This document shows positions 40,036 through 51,546 of a stretch of DNA of 64,000 nucleotides, in pieces; within the stretch, counting starts at the first letter, position 1, and each line of letters opens with the position of its first letter. The stretch lies in assembly GCA_030390025.1 (NCBI GenBank), contig CM059432.1, positions 47,122,001 to 47,186,000 on the forward strand. Reading direction: 5' to 3'. A model generated the notes under the pieces. The model saw only the letters and a list, made by a program, of their open reading frames with translations, made no database searches and had not been told where the DNA came from. The translations under genes were made by a program, and so were the position numbers. This DNA is from Squalus acanthias. Taxonomy: Eukaryota.

Positions 40036-40750
40036 GGGGTGAATTTTAACCCCCAAAAGCAGGTGGGTTGGGGTCGAGTGAGATGTTAAAATATTAAAAG
40101 TCTCCAACCCACCCACTGCTGGGTTTAATGGAACCGGGACAGGGGGCAGGCAGCCAACATGCTCCCAGGAGGTCAGTTGGCAATTTAAATATTTTAATGA
40201 GGCTGGCAGCCTCAGACTTAACCTGCTTTGCAGGTTTAACCCTGGCCGGCTGGATTTCCCAGACCTCGGGAAAACCAGCAGCTAAAGGGAAGCAAGGACA
40301 GCTTCGAGGAGAAGTTAAGTGCCCTTACAGCACTGCTTGTGGGTCAGGAGGAGCAGAAGTGCTTCCCCCCAGCTCCACAAACTTACCTTCTTCCCTTGAA
40401 TCGTACCTGGTCCCCATCAGAACCCCCACCCCCTTATAAAGACCCCTGGGGTCAGGGATTGAACCCTCCCTCCCGACATCGGACCCCCCCTCGGTCGGGG
40501 ATCAGACCCCCCCACCGAGTCGGGGATCGGATCCCACACCACGCTCCCAGTCGCAGCTGCAGGCTCCCAACCTACGGCTACAGCCTACTCCGGAATCCTC
40601 CCCACCCACCTGGAAGCCAAGCCTGTCCGGCAGGCAGAGATCCTGTCAAAAATAAAGATGCACGCATGCTGGGAAACCCGGACTTCTGGGTTTCCCATTC
40701 GAAACTCCACCCCCTCGCTCAGGAAACCCGCCCATGTCAAGATCAGGGCC
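40036..40750. mobile_element. Harbinger-type MITE
   Basis: Ends ggggtgaatttt / aagatcagggcc, flanks tat/cat. Confidence 0.75.
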
Positions 40751-41172
40751 CATGTTCTCTGACAATAAATTTATATAACAGCAGGAACCACTGTGCCTGC
40801 AAAAATATGTTTATCCTTGTAAAATGCATAGGTTTAAAAAATAAATAAAAACATGTGAAAAGTACTGGTGATCATTAGTATTTAATTGAATAAACGTGGT
40901 ATTCAGTTAGAACCACTCCCTTCACAATCAACATATATCGCAACAGCAGTAAGTCATCTGATAGGGTAATACGCTACACCTGGTTTTGCCTTCGGTGGTC
41001 TCTTGTCATATATTCTCCATTGATGTAATGAATATTTAGAACATATGGAGGTGATCACATGACATCAATTTAATATAGTCAGCATCACATGATACAATAA
41101 TTGACTTTCATTTTGAAAGCATAAAATGAAACCTGTCTCAACGTGATCACTCAATAAAGGTTCATCTTTAAT

Positions 41173-43420
41173 GGGCTAGATTTTAATGCGCAGACACGCT
41201 GGGAACAGGGGTCCAGATTAGGCATGGGAAACTCGGAAATATGTTAGGCACGTCTGTCAGTGGCTTTTTAACGCAGCCACTTCATTAGCATTTTAGTTCT
41301 GCTTTTCCCATCCAATCGGCATCAGCAGACATGATGACAACCCGCATGATACAATCTCAACTTCAGTATTTAAAGGGACGATCCAAACAGGCAAGTTGGA
41401 GTTAGGAGGACGCGAGAAGGAAGGTCAGAAATGAAAGCTAGATGGTCAAAGGCTGCGCCTCGCTTCACGGACACCTCCCTGAATGTGCTGCTGGGGGCTG
41501 TGCTGCCTTGTGTCCCGATTGTTGAGTCTGCCCCCACACAGGTGCAGGTAGAGCAGGCTTTGGCGGGGCCCTCACACGCTCCAAAACCCAGAGGACGTCG
41601 GCCAAGACCAACTAAAAAGTCAGAGCATGAATGTGAGCAGCCTGCTTCAATCTCTGTTAAAGTCACAGGGGTTGCACCACATGGAAGCGATAGGAAAAAG
41701 AAGAGTAAAGATTTGTAGTTGCACAGGGTATGCACGTGGGTGCGATACACATTTTATACTGTTAAGTGTCTTTTCTTCATTTGATGCACATAAATATTAT
41801 TGTTTGGCACCACTTTCCCATCTTGCCCATTCTTGATTGCTGGTTGGCAAGTGGCCTCTTAAGTTGTTTGATGATGAATGTGGAGACCGGAATTGACGGC
41901 AACCAATGGGGGGATATGAAAGGGATGCTTGGTTGTTTGCAGGACTGCTTTGTGTTAGTGGCATTAGTGGGGGTGGGGGGGGAGGCAAAAGTGGCTTTTG
42001 CATGAGGTTGTGAGATGGGTTCACTGGTGGAATCTAAGTGAAACTTGTTCCCCAGGGGTCGGTTCTAGGACCACTGCTTTTCTTGATATATATTAATGAC
42101 TTGGACTTGGGAGTACAGGGCACAATTTCAAAATTTGCAGATGACACAAAACTTGGAAGTATAGTGAACAGTGAGGAGGATAGTGATAGACTTCAAGAGG
42201 ACATGGGCGGACACGTGGCAGCTGAAATTTAATGCAGAAAAGTGCGAAGTGATACATTTTGGTAGAAAGAACAAGGAGAGGCAATATAAACTGAAGGGTA
42301 CAATTCTAAAGGGGGTGCATGAATAGAGAGACCTGGGGGTATATGTGCATAAATTGTTGAAGGTGGCAGGGCAGGTTGAGAAAGTGGTTAAAAAAGCATA
42401 TGGGATCCTGGGTTTTATAAATAGAGGCATAGAGTACAAAAGCAAGGAAGTTATGATGAACCTTTATAAAACAGTGGTTCGGCCTCAACTGGAGTATTGT
42501 GTCCAATTCTGGGCATCGCACTTTAGGAAGGATGTGAAGGCCTTAGAAAAGATTTATGAGAATGGTGCCAGGAATGAGGGACTTCAGTTACGTGGAAAAA
42601 CGGTTAAAATCACAAAGGCCTTTCAAAATGACATTATAGCGGCAATTTAGTGCTTGTTAAGGGCCTTAACAACCTATCCCGCCTCTTAGAGGCGAGACGG
42701 AGTTGGGACCAGCAGACACGATTTAATTAAAATTGCGTGGAGGCGGGATGGAGGCGGGCTTGTGCCCGCCCACCAGTTTTCGTAATTTTAACCCCCTACA
42801 CGCCTCCAAACCCGCCTCCACGGGTCAATGAAAATCCAGCCCTTACAATCTGTCCTCTAAGTTAATTCCTTCCTCTCAGGCTGATTTAGAGATCTCTGCA
42901 GAACAAAAAGCAGAGGCTGCAGCTTTTGACAGCTCAACGGCCATTCTGCTTTCTGTGCCGGTGAGATTTCTGACTCCCGAGACCTGAAGGGCTGACACCT
43001 GCAGGAGGAAGTTAAGGTAAGTAAAACTTTTTTCCACACTTTACACTTACCTTACACACTTACCTCTGCACACATGCACCCATCACTCACCTGCCCACCG
43101 GACATATCGACCCCTCCAACCCCTGCAGACCCACGATCCGCCTCGCTAAAATGGCGTGGTTTGGAGCCGTCGGGTAGCCCACACTTCAGGGCTAAAAATA
43201 GGGATTAAGCAACAAACTGCCTGTTAACAGGCAATTTATTGGCACTAATCCCCTTCCCGCCTCGGGGAGGCGGGTCCCAGCACAGGTCGGGTACCCGCCT
43301 CCTGTGAAACTGGCATGGAGGCGGGTTGTGGGCGGGATGGGTTCGGGACCCCTGAATCTGCAATTTTAACCCCCCACACGCCTCCAAACCCGCCTCCACG
43401 GGTCAATGAAAATTCTGCCC
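41173..43420 (+). mobile_element. Composite Harbinger element with internally deleted Myb/SANT ORF, CR1 insert and duplicated right end
   Basis: Left gggctagatttt; ORF 41431-41718; right-end sequence present twice (~42785-42842 and ~43362-43420). Confidence 0.68.
42040..42600 (+). mobile_element. CR1 RT fragment
   Basis: [20 protein letters not shown]...[11 protein letters not shown]. Confidence 0.9.
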
Positions 43421-43499
43421 AACATCTGAGTCCTCTGCAGCAAGGCTGGAATACAATCTAGCCTTATGGCAATCTGACTCTTATGCCATCCTCTCATCC

Positions 43500-44500
43500 T
43501 GCCCTAGATCCTGAGCACTTGTGCGAGGTCATGTGAAAACCCTTCCACGAGCTGACCCTCTAAAGCATGTGTGGTGACTGTCTCTGAGCTGGTGCTTGCC
43601 AGGGTTAGACTGAGTAGCAATGTATCTTCAGGAAGGCTGAACTCCTCTTCCTCATTTGTCACAGGGCCCTCTACATTTTCTGTACCTGAAATGAAAGAGA
43701 GGGGCAAGGGTTAGCTTTTAGAGTGAAGGGTAAGCAGAGGGAGATAAGGTTGCCAAAAGCAGCTGCAGTTTGTCATGCAGACGGTATAGGGTGAGATAGA
43801 AGTAAGAAGAGAAAAAGAAGAGAAAATGTGAAGCAACTCTGCAGGACTTCTCCGGCCTATCCAGTCACCACGGCCATGACTCATCCCCTGCCTATCATGC
43901 AGAGGACTTGCTCCTCCATGGCGACAGGATGTGTAAGTGGCCTCGCCCTCCTCCGGTTGTCACCTGCTCCCTCATGTTGTGTGCAACCTTCTTCTGCAAG
44001 AACGAAGCCAATGTGTTAGTGATAGCCTTGTGAGAATGTGCCTGTCAGTGTTGAATAGTGTAGATGTTGTGTGCAAGATGTCACATGTGGGGAACTGAGG
44101 TTTCTAATAATGCTGAGATTAGGAGGTGCAGAGTGTGTGAATAGGAGCACAAGGAGGGTGGAATAACATGTGGAGCAGTGATTGTCGGAGAGTGAAAGGA
44201 AATGAGATAGATGAGGATTGTGAGTACTGTGACTCCAGGAGGTGTAGGTGTGAGCACAGAGTAGAGAGTAAGAGAACTGAGAGTTAGGAGTCTTACCTTG
44301 GTGAGGTCATTAAAGCTCTTCCGACATTGTAGCCAGGTTCTGGCTGCTAAGCACCTGGCATTAAACTCCTGAAACATCTCTTCCCACTGTCTCCGCAGGT
44401 GTGGCTTGGAGGGCTTTCTACCCCCACCCCAAGGGCCTCCAAAGCTGCATCAGAATATTTGGGTGACCTACCTGCAGCTCTTCCACTCATTTAACCAGGT
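43500..44500 (-). pseudogene. Spliced Myb/SANT-like Harbinger ORF2 relic
   Basis: ARTWLQCRKSFNDLTK|gtaag donor at ~44296; acceptors at ~43995 and ~43687; same exon layout as 18255-20040. Confidence 0.68.
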
Positions 44501-44744
44501 TTAAACCATCGGATGCTGCCTGCAGCCACAGTGCACCTTGTCTTTAAGAGGTGTAGGTCTTCTATAAGTGGTGCCAGTGACCCACCCAATTTCCTGCACC
44601 CCCCTCCCCCACCAAGCAGGCACATAGCCAATAAGCGGTGCGGGTAGCACTGGCATAACATCCGTTTCCATATGATGAGTAAGCAACAAGAATTTCCCAT
44701 GGTCGCTGAGACCATGTGAACAGGAACGTGCAACGCACACCCTG

Positions 44745-46349
44745 TGTGAGAACCCAGAGGGACCCTGGTTCCTCAAATTCAAGATTGACCTGTATTGGGG
44801 ACAGTGATTTAACTTTATTCAGCAAAAGCAAGACTTAATACATTACAGTATTCGAGCTGCAGCTTACAGAGAATAATTGAGACTTATATTACCCTGTTAT
44901 ACTCTGAGTAGAAGCGCAACCGTGAACAAGCTGCACCCTGTGTCTCTGGTCTCTCATCTCTCTTTGTCTCCCAGGTGCCTCCTTCATTGTTCCTGAAATC
45001 TTCTACTCTTTCTGAAATCTTCTACCCTTTGTGACTGTCGAGACCCCCTACTTATACCCTTACTCTCATTCAAAACCTAAGGGGGCGCTAACGATGCGCA
45101 AAGCAACTAACGTCCGAGCGCGGTGATGTTTGCGCTGCTCGCGAAATTGACCAGACATTTTGCGGCAGTGTTAAACACTACCGCCACGATCTCCTGCGCC
45201 CGCAGACCGTGACGTCAGTATGCCCCGGTAGCGCTCCGGACCAGATATTGAGTTGCACCCCCTGCCTTAGCGCCTGCCGCTAGGAACGACAGGTAGAGGG
45301 GAACGTTTTCAAGTTGGGAAGGGGCTGGGGGAGCGCTATTTAAAGGCGGGCGCATCCTGCCTTTTCTTGTCGGCAAAAGTTTTGGTTTTAACGCTGTCCT
45401 AAGGAGTTTTGGCCCTCAGCACCACTTTTGAGATTCCTAAGTGCCGAGCTCTTTCCCTGGGCCTATCCATTAGTGCTTCCACACAATTGCTTTTGAGGTC
45501 ACTCCAGGCTGAGATTCAAGGCTGCAATGAGCAGGGTGTGGCTGGTCAGCAAGATGGCCCCTCCCCTTTAAGAACGGGATGGCGCCAGTGTGTCTGGCTT
45601 CCATGGTAATTGGCATCGCCTGAGCTTCAGTAGCGTTCTGAGGTAGTGCCTCGCTCCCTGACATTTGCACCTTAAGAGAGGTGTGTAGCGCCTGATTTAG
45701 TGCTCAAATCACCTCCAGGGGCGATAGAGGCGAATTTTGCAGTCGGAAGCGATAATTAGCGCCAAGCGCTAAACTTTGCATCCAGCCAATATTAGCACCC
45801 CAAAATGGCCGATACCAAATTTCTCCCCCATGGAGTCTTACTGAACCAATCATTGGCTTACACCTAAAACCCAAAATCCAATCATAAAGATGCCACGTCC
45901 GCAGGACCTTGGCTTATGCAAGTTTTATTCTTATGACACCCTTACATCATCTGTGTTTGACCATCAAGACACATACCTGGGGTAGTTATGGCAACACAAA
46001 AGGAACATGTCTCCATAGTGTAGAGATATGGCACCCTTGCTGGTCCTGTGAAAGGACTATGTTTTAATTCACTGCAGACATCATAACATTCCAACACAGT
46101 GGCAGTTACACCTGACCTTGCTTCCCAGGCTAGCTGCACTCGATGCCTCATCCTCACTGTTGGCTACTATCCAAATTTCACCCACAGCTTCCCTATTCGA
46201 CTATAGCAATCCTCTTTCAAACCCCAAGCTATCTGGGTTATGGCTTACTCACAGACTTTAATGAAAATAAAAAGGGTTACATGTCTAATATAATTTAGAT
46301 TATCATTACATACAGTTAATGATTACAGATGTTTCATTTAATTCTTACA
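44745..46349 (-). mobile_element. Possible solo LTR-like element hosting a MITE
   Basis: TGTGAGAA...TTCTTACA inverted termini; reverse-strand AATAAA (~44813) and TATAA (~45052) in LTR order; TSD not matched. Confidence 0.35.
45080..45829. mobile_element. Harbinger-type MITE, family of 57799-58691
   Basis: Shared gcgcc-rich subterminal blocks and right end aaatttctccccc. Confidence 0.75.
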
Positions 46350-46439
46350 CACTATTATAAATCCATTACTGATGATTGTAAGATATTAATGAATATAATA
46401 TATTAAAACAAGTATTCTAAAAAAAAACTACTCCATGGG

Positions 46440-47325
46440 CACCAAACTCATCTTCCTCTCCCCCCCACCCCCCAGCATTCTGAAGGGACCGTTCCCTCCG
46501 CGACACCCTGGTCCACTCCTCTATCATCCCCAACACCCCTTCCCCTTCGCCCGGCACCTTCCCATGCAAGCGCAGGAGATGCAACACCTGCCCGTTTACC
46601 TCCTCCCTTCCCACCGTCCAGGGCCCCAAACACTCCTTCCAGGTGAAACAGCAATTTACTTGTACTTCTTACAATTTAGAATACTGTATTCGCTGCTCAC
46701 GATGCGGTCTCCTCTACATTGGGGAGACCAAACACAGATTGGGTGACCGCTTTGCGAAACACCTCCGTTCAGACCGCAAGCGTGACCCCAAGCTTCCGGT
46801 CGCCTGTCACTTTAATTCTCCCCTCCACTCCCACTCTGATCTCTCTGTCCTCAACCTCTTACATTGTTCCAACGAAGCTCAACGTAAGCTCGAGGAACAG
46901 CACCTCATCTTTCTGTTAGGCACTTTAAAGCCTTCTGGACTTAACATCGAGTTCAACAATTTCAGACTATAAATTGGCCCCTGCAATTCTTTTTTTCTCT
47001 TGTTTCCTCACATGGTAGCTGTTAATGTTGCTGCCATCATCATCCACACATTGTCTAGAGCCATCTTTTGTTTCTTAACTTGTCCCATTACCTTTTGCCT
47101 TGCACCATCATCCCTTTTGTCATTCAATCTCTCCTGCCTTCCATCCTATCACAGACCTTCCCTTTGTTCTTTCCTCCCCTCCTCCCTGCCCCTGCTTAAA
47201 AATCTCTCCTCCCTAACCTTTTCCAGTTCTGATGAAGGGTTCGAACGACACATTGACTTTGTTTCTCCTCTCTTCGATGTTGCCTGACCTGCTGAGTGTT
47301 TCCAACACTTTCTGTTGTTATTTAT
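46440..47325 (+). mobile_element. Penelope-like retroelement 3' fragment (GIY-YIG endonuclease plus terminal repeat)
   Basis: FTCTSYNLEYCIRCSRCGLLYIGETKHRLGDRF..H...VACHFN...GLN; the downstream end carries ctgatga and the hairpin-arm sequence. Confidence 0.92.
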
Positions 47326-47883
47326 AATCTTACACCTGTCCAGTTTACGAGGGCGATCCAATTTCTAGGCCAACAAATGTCAATGACTCTGAGGACATAG
47401 CCAGAAAACCAAAAGATGCAATGTTAAAAAATTGTCATGGATATCCCCATAAAGTAGCAACACAGGATATATTTGGACATGAAGGAAAGTAGAAGTTGTT
47501 GAAGATATATTTAACTGTACTGTCACTGAGAAATATTAGCAAGGCTGGAGCAAGTAAAGTAGTAAAATAGCAGAACGATGTAAATTACTTTACACTTACC
47601 ATGATAACAAAGAAAATATATTGCAGGAAGTGATTCTGAAGGACCAAAATACCTTGTCTCAATCCCATTGCTCTTATGTTTAAAGGCACATAACCAAAGG
47701 TTGCAGTGCGCGACAGTTGGTGGAGCCCCGAACATGAAACAGTTCACTCCTGATGTCAAGAGGGAGAGATTGGAAGGCGATGAATGTTCAGAAATTGGAG
47801 AAGTGTGCAGAACATGTGGTATGTATTATTATTCAAGGCTAGTGTTTTGCTTGATACATTACATCAACATGTCCACACACTAA

Positions 47884-48030
47884 GGGGTAATTTTGACTTT
47901 GGGTGATGGTGCAAAATGGGCGATATGGATTCAGTTGCCCGTTATAAATGAAAATCAGGATAGATGTATAACGGACAGCTGAATCGATATCACCCATTTT
48001 ACACCATCACACAAAGTCAAAATTTCCCCC
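47884..48030. mobile_element. Palindromic MITE (about 60-bp arms)
   Basis: ggggtaattttgactttgggtgatggtgcaaaatggg ... cccattttacaccatcacacaaagtcaaaatttcccc; flanks taa/tta. Confidence 0.85.
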
Positions 48031-48116
48031 TTAGTGTGCACAAGTGCATAATACCCAGTATCCAAATTAATAAATGCGCTTATTTACTCATAATGTGCCA
48101 CCTGCCCTCTTCACAG

Positions 48117-48264
48117 AGCAAGGAGAATGCAGTCACCATCAAGCCAAACCTGAAGATCACTATTCAGCAAAGCACCAATCATCACCATCTTCATATGAGA
48201 CAGACACCAGCACAGATATACACAGTACCGAAGATTGATGCTGATGAGGATAAGAAAGGACAGG
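48117..48264 (+). CDS. Candidate alternative exon of the CNGB3 C-terminal tail, 148 nt
   Basis: ctgccctcttcacag| acceptor, G|gtaagt donor. Open phase-0 frame SKENAVTIKPNLK...DEDKKGQ in apparently non-repeat DNA; no homology recognised, and it shifts the frame of the last exon. Confidence 0.5.
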
Positions 48265-48359
48265 GTAAGTAACTGAGTACTGGTGAGAAAGGAATATCAG
48301 TGGCAACGGTGGGTGAGCAGGAACCCACAAGCAAGGGATAACCCTTCCTGAGTTGCATT

Positions 48360-49103
48360 GGCCCAAAAATTAGTCTTAGTACGCGAGAGTACGCACTGTG
48401 TACTCTCGCGTATTCTGTCTCCAATTGCCGGTTTTCTGCATGCACTGCGCATGCGCTGAAAACCGGCACTTGGTGAACTCAAAAGGGGGCGGTTCCTAGG
48501 TGAACCACGTGCGCGCTACAGGCTGCGCGCACGCAGTGCACTTAGTGCTTTGAACGCGCAGGTAAGCATGGAAGATTTTGCACATAAAGAAAGGAGGCGT
48601 AAGACCCTCTTTTAACAAGGTAAGTAGTTAATTAAGTATTATTTAAAAAAAATTTCAACAGGTTTATCTTTTTTAGAGACTTTAAAGAAAGGTAAGTTTA
48701 TTTTTATAACTTTTAAAAAGATTTAAAAATTTTTCAAAAATTTAATTTTTTGTTTAAAGTGGTTAATTTATTTAACTATACTTATTTTATTAATGTGATG
48801 GTTTTTTTTTAAAATTTAATTGAGGTTTAGCTGTTCTTTTGGGGGGGTATAGATTCATAGCTTTGACAGCCCTTGCTGTCAAAACTATGAATGAAAGATG
48901 GTGTGCTGCCATTGGCTCTAACTGAATCACGTGATCCCACAGCTCGCACGAATTAACTGCGTCTGTGGGATACGCACACACTGCACAGCTGCAGCCTTGA
49001 AACTAAAGTTCGTGTGAGCTCGGAAGGAAAAGGCAGGCACGCAGTGAGATATCGCGGGGAAGCCTTACCCCCGCAGGAAGGCTCCGTCTTTAATTTCTGG
49101 GCC
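48360..49103. mobile_element. Harbinger-type MITE
   Basis: TIRs ggcccaaaaatta / taatttctgggcc, ATT TSD. Confidence 0.85.
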
Positions 49104-49289
49104 ATTATGATAAAGACCTTATTGGGCCTGCTTTTGCATTGATGTAGTGCAGTAACAGGCCTGCATAGAAGAGTCAATTCCCTCCTTCTGCAAAATGGGA
49201 GATCTGGTTTATTAAATGAGTCCAACAGCCAGATATGCACTGTTACCTTCCACAGGAGTGTTGTTGCAGAGAAATGGTTGTCTGCATTA

Positions 49290-49540
49290 CATAAGAACAT
49301 AAGAAATAGGAGCAGGAGTAAGCCGTTCGGCCCTTTGAGCCTGCTCCGACATTCAATAAGATCATGGCTGATCTTCTACCTCAACTCCATCTTCCTGCTC
49401 TATCCCCATATCCCTTGATTCCCTTAATATCCAAATATTTATCGATTGCTGTCTTGAATATACTCAACGACTGAGCATCTGCAGCACTCTGGGCTAGAGA
49501 ATTACAAAGATTCACAACAATTTGAATGAATAAATTTCTC
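49290..49540 (-). mobile_element. CR1 3' end
   Basis: cataagaacataagaaataggagcaggag tail. Confidence 0.82.
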
Positions 49541-49544
49541 CTTT

Positions 49545-50050
49545 TATTTATTTTTTATTCGCTTATGGGATCTGGGCGTCGCTGGCAAGGCCAGCATTTA
49601 TTGCCCATTCCTAGTTGCCCTTGAGAAGGTGGTGGTGAGCCGCCTTCTTGAATCGCTGCAGTCCGTGTGGTGAAGGTACTCCCACAGTGCTGTTAGGTAG
49701 GGAGTTCCAGGATTTTGACCCAGCGACGATGAAGGATTGGTGATATACTTCTAAGTCAGGATGGTGTGTGACTTGGAGGGGAATTTGCAGGTGGTGGTGT
49801 TCCCATGCACCTGCTGCCCTTGTCCTTCTAGGTGGAAAAGGTTGCGGGTTTAGGAGGTGCTGCCGAAGAAGCTTTGGCAAGTTGCTGCAGTGCATCTTGT
49901 AGATGGTACACACTGCAGCCACGGTACGCCGGTGGTGGAGGGAGTGAATGTTTAAGGTGGTGGATGGGGTGCCAATCAAACGGGCTGCTTTGTCCTGGAT
50001 GGTGTCGAGCTTCTTGAGTGTTGTTGGAGCTGCACTCATCCAGGCAAGTA
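49545..50050 (-). mobile_element. CR1/L2-group LINE 3' fragment
   Basis: AWMSAAPTTLKKLDTIQDKAARLI...HHHLLKGN. Confidence 0.88.
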
Positions 50051-50314
50051 TCTCAGTCCTAAATGGCTGACCCCTTATTCTGAGACTGTGAACCGTGGAT
50101 AGCATTGCAATCTGCCATTGAACACATTGCAGCACCGTGGCTCCTACATTGGAAGGCTCAGTTATGCAGGTCATTAGCACAGTAGAAGCATGCCTCACGT
50201 TGCTATAGAGGTTTTGGGGTTCAAACTCCAAGTGACACACAACTGACTTCAGGTCACTTGAAAATTGGTTACAATGAGGAGGGATTCCAAGACCTCATAG
50301 GCACACAGGTGGGC

Positions 50315-50630
50315 CTCTTCAGCAGCACATCCCGAACCCTCGATCTCCACCACCTAGAAGGACAAGGGCAACAGGGACAAAGGAATGCCATCACTTCCAA
50401 GCACCCCTCCATGTCACATACCATCCTGACTTGGGCATAGATTATTGTTCCTTCATCGTGACTGGGTTAAAATCCTGGAACTCCTTACCTAACAACATTG
50501 TGGGAGCACCCTCACCACAAGGACTGCAGTGGTTCAAGAAGGTGACCAACATCACCTTATCAAGGGCAACTAAGGATGGGCAATAAAGGGCAACTTTGCC
50601 AGCAATACCCACATCCTGAGAATTTTTTTT
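50315..50630 (+). mobile_element. CR1/L2-group LINE 3' fragment (older)
   Basis: Same family, opposite orientation to 49545-50050. Confidence 0.78.
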
Positions 50631-50977
50631 AAATTCTCTTAGCTAATTCTTGTATGAGATATACATGATATATAATGGTGACTTATTAATATTTCCTTTG
50701 TTAGCCTTGCTAATTTAAATGGTTGATAATACAATAAAAGACCAGATAATAACATAGGTATTGAATGGGATTAAAAAGTAAACTGCAGAATGAAAGTAAC
50801 CTTTATAATCATCAGATTTTCAACATATATATAAAAATAAACTGTTATAGAATTATGAATATGACTGCATCTCCACATCACTACACTACACCAGCAGTGT
50901 AAGGAAATTAAAGGTAACTTTGCAATTGATTGAAGAATGGAAATGCTTATTACTTTTAATATTTTTGCTTTCAACAG

Positions 50978-51274
50978 AGCTGTAAAGCACCTCACCCAGT
51001 CCCTTCACCTAAACCCACAAGTAAGAGGAAAATTAAGAGCATATCTAAAGCAGGTGCTACATTAACTGTGGCAGCATGCAATCTCCAGCCAAGCAGAGAA
51101 GAAGGACTACCTACTTCACCAGATTCCAAAGGCAAACAGCCTATGCAGAAAGAGTTCAGTATGTCAAGAGGAATAGCTAATAAATCCCTTGTCATTAGAA
51201 TGACTCCTTCTCCCAATATAAACAAAGGGGAACTCCTTATTGTTGAAGTCAAACCAAAGAAGGTAAATAAATAA
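50978..51274 (+). CDS. CNGB3: CNG channel beta subunit, terminal coding exon
   Basis: tttttgctttcaacag| acceptor, phase 0 matching the donor at 38200. Ends SRGIANKSLVIRMTPS...LLIVEVKPKKVNK*, resembling the CNGB3 C-terminus (RGTSRQSLIISMAPS...LTIEVKEK). Confidence 0.85.
   Translation, partial: SCKAPHPVPSPKPTSKRKIKSISKAGATLTVAACNLQPSREEGLPTSPDSKGKQPMQKEFSMSRGIANKSLVIRMTPSPNINKGELLIVEVKPKKVNK
51266..51271 (+). promoter_or_regulatory. Candidate polyadenylation signal AATAAA abutting the stop codon (others at 51531, 53245, 53456)
   Basis: Motif only; usage unknown. Confidence 0.25.
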
Positions 51275-51546
51275 CTTTTGACCTTTGTGCAATCCATATG
51301 AATTGGGTGTTCTAGTGCCTACATTTATTTAGATATTTGTCAGTCAGATTTGACGAATTGACTTCGACATTTTTGTTATAGATATAAGGGGTGATACCAC
51401 AATCTTGTGCTCCCAGAAGGGAGCTGAGCTAGCAAGGATTGTGGGTCAGAGATTGGGCCACAACGTAATAGCCCTGATTGTATGATTAACATTGCCTGCG
51501 AGTGCAGCAAAGGGATATAGAATCACCTAAAATAAAAGACTTGCAC

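Noticed and set aside
46643..46972. Stand-alone homing or GIY-YIG nuclease gene
   Set aside because: Cys/His linker plus GIY-YIG plus the terminal repeat is the standard 3' end of a truncated Penelope element; the RT is missing.
12658..51274. Assignment as CNGB1 or a CNGA subunit
   Set aside because: [32 protein letters not shown] and the C-terminal motif fit CNGB3 better; the [16 protein letters not shown] pattern is beta-type. A tree is still needed.
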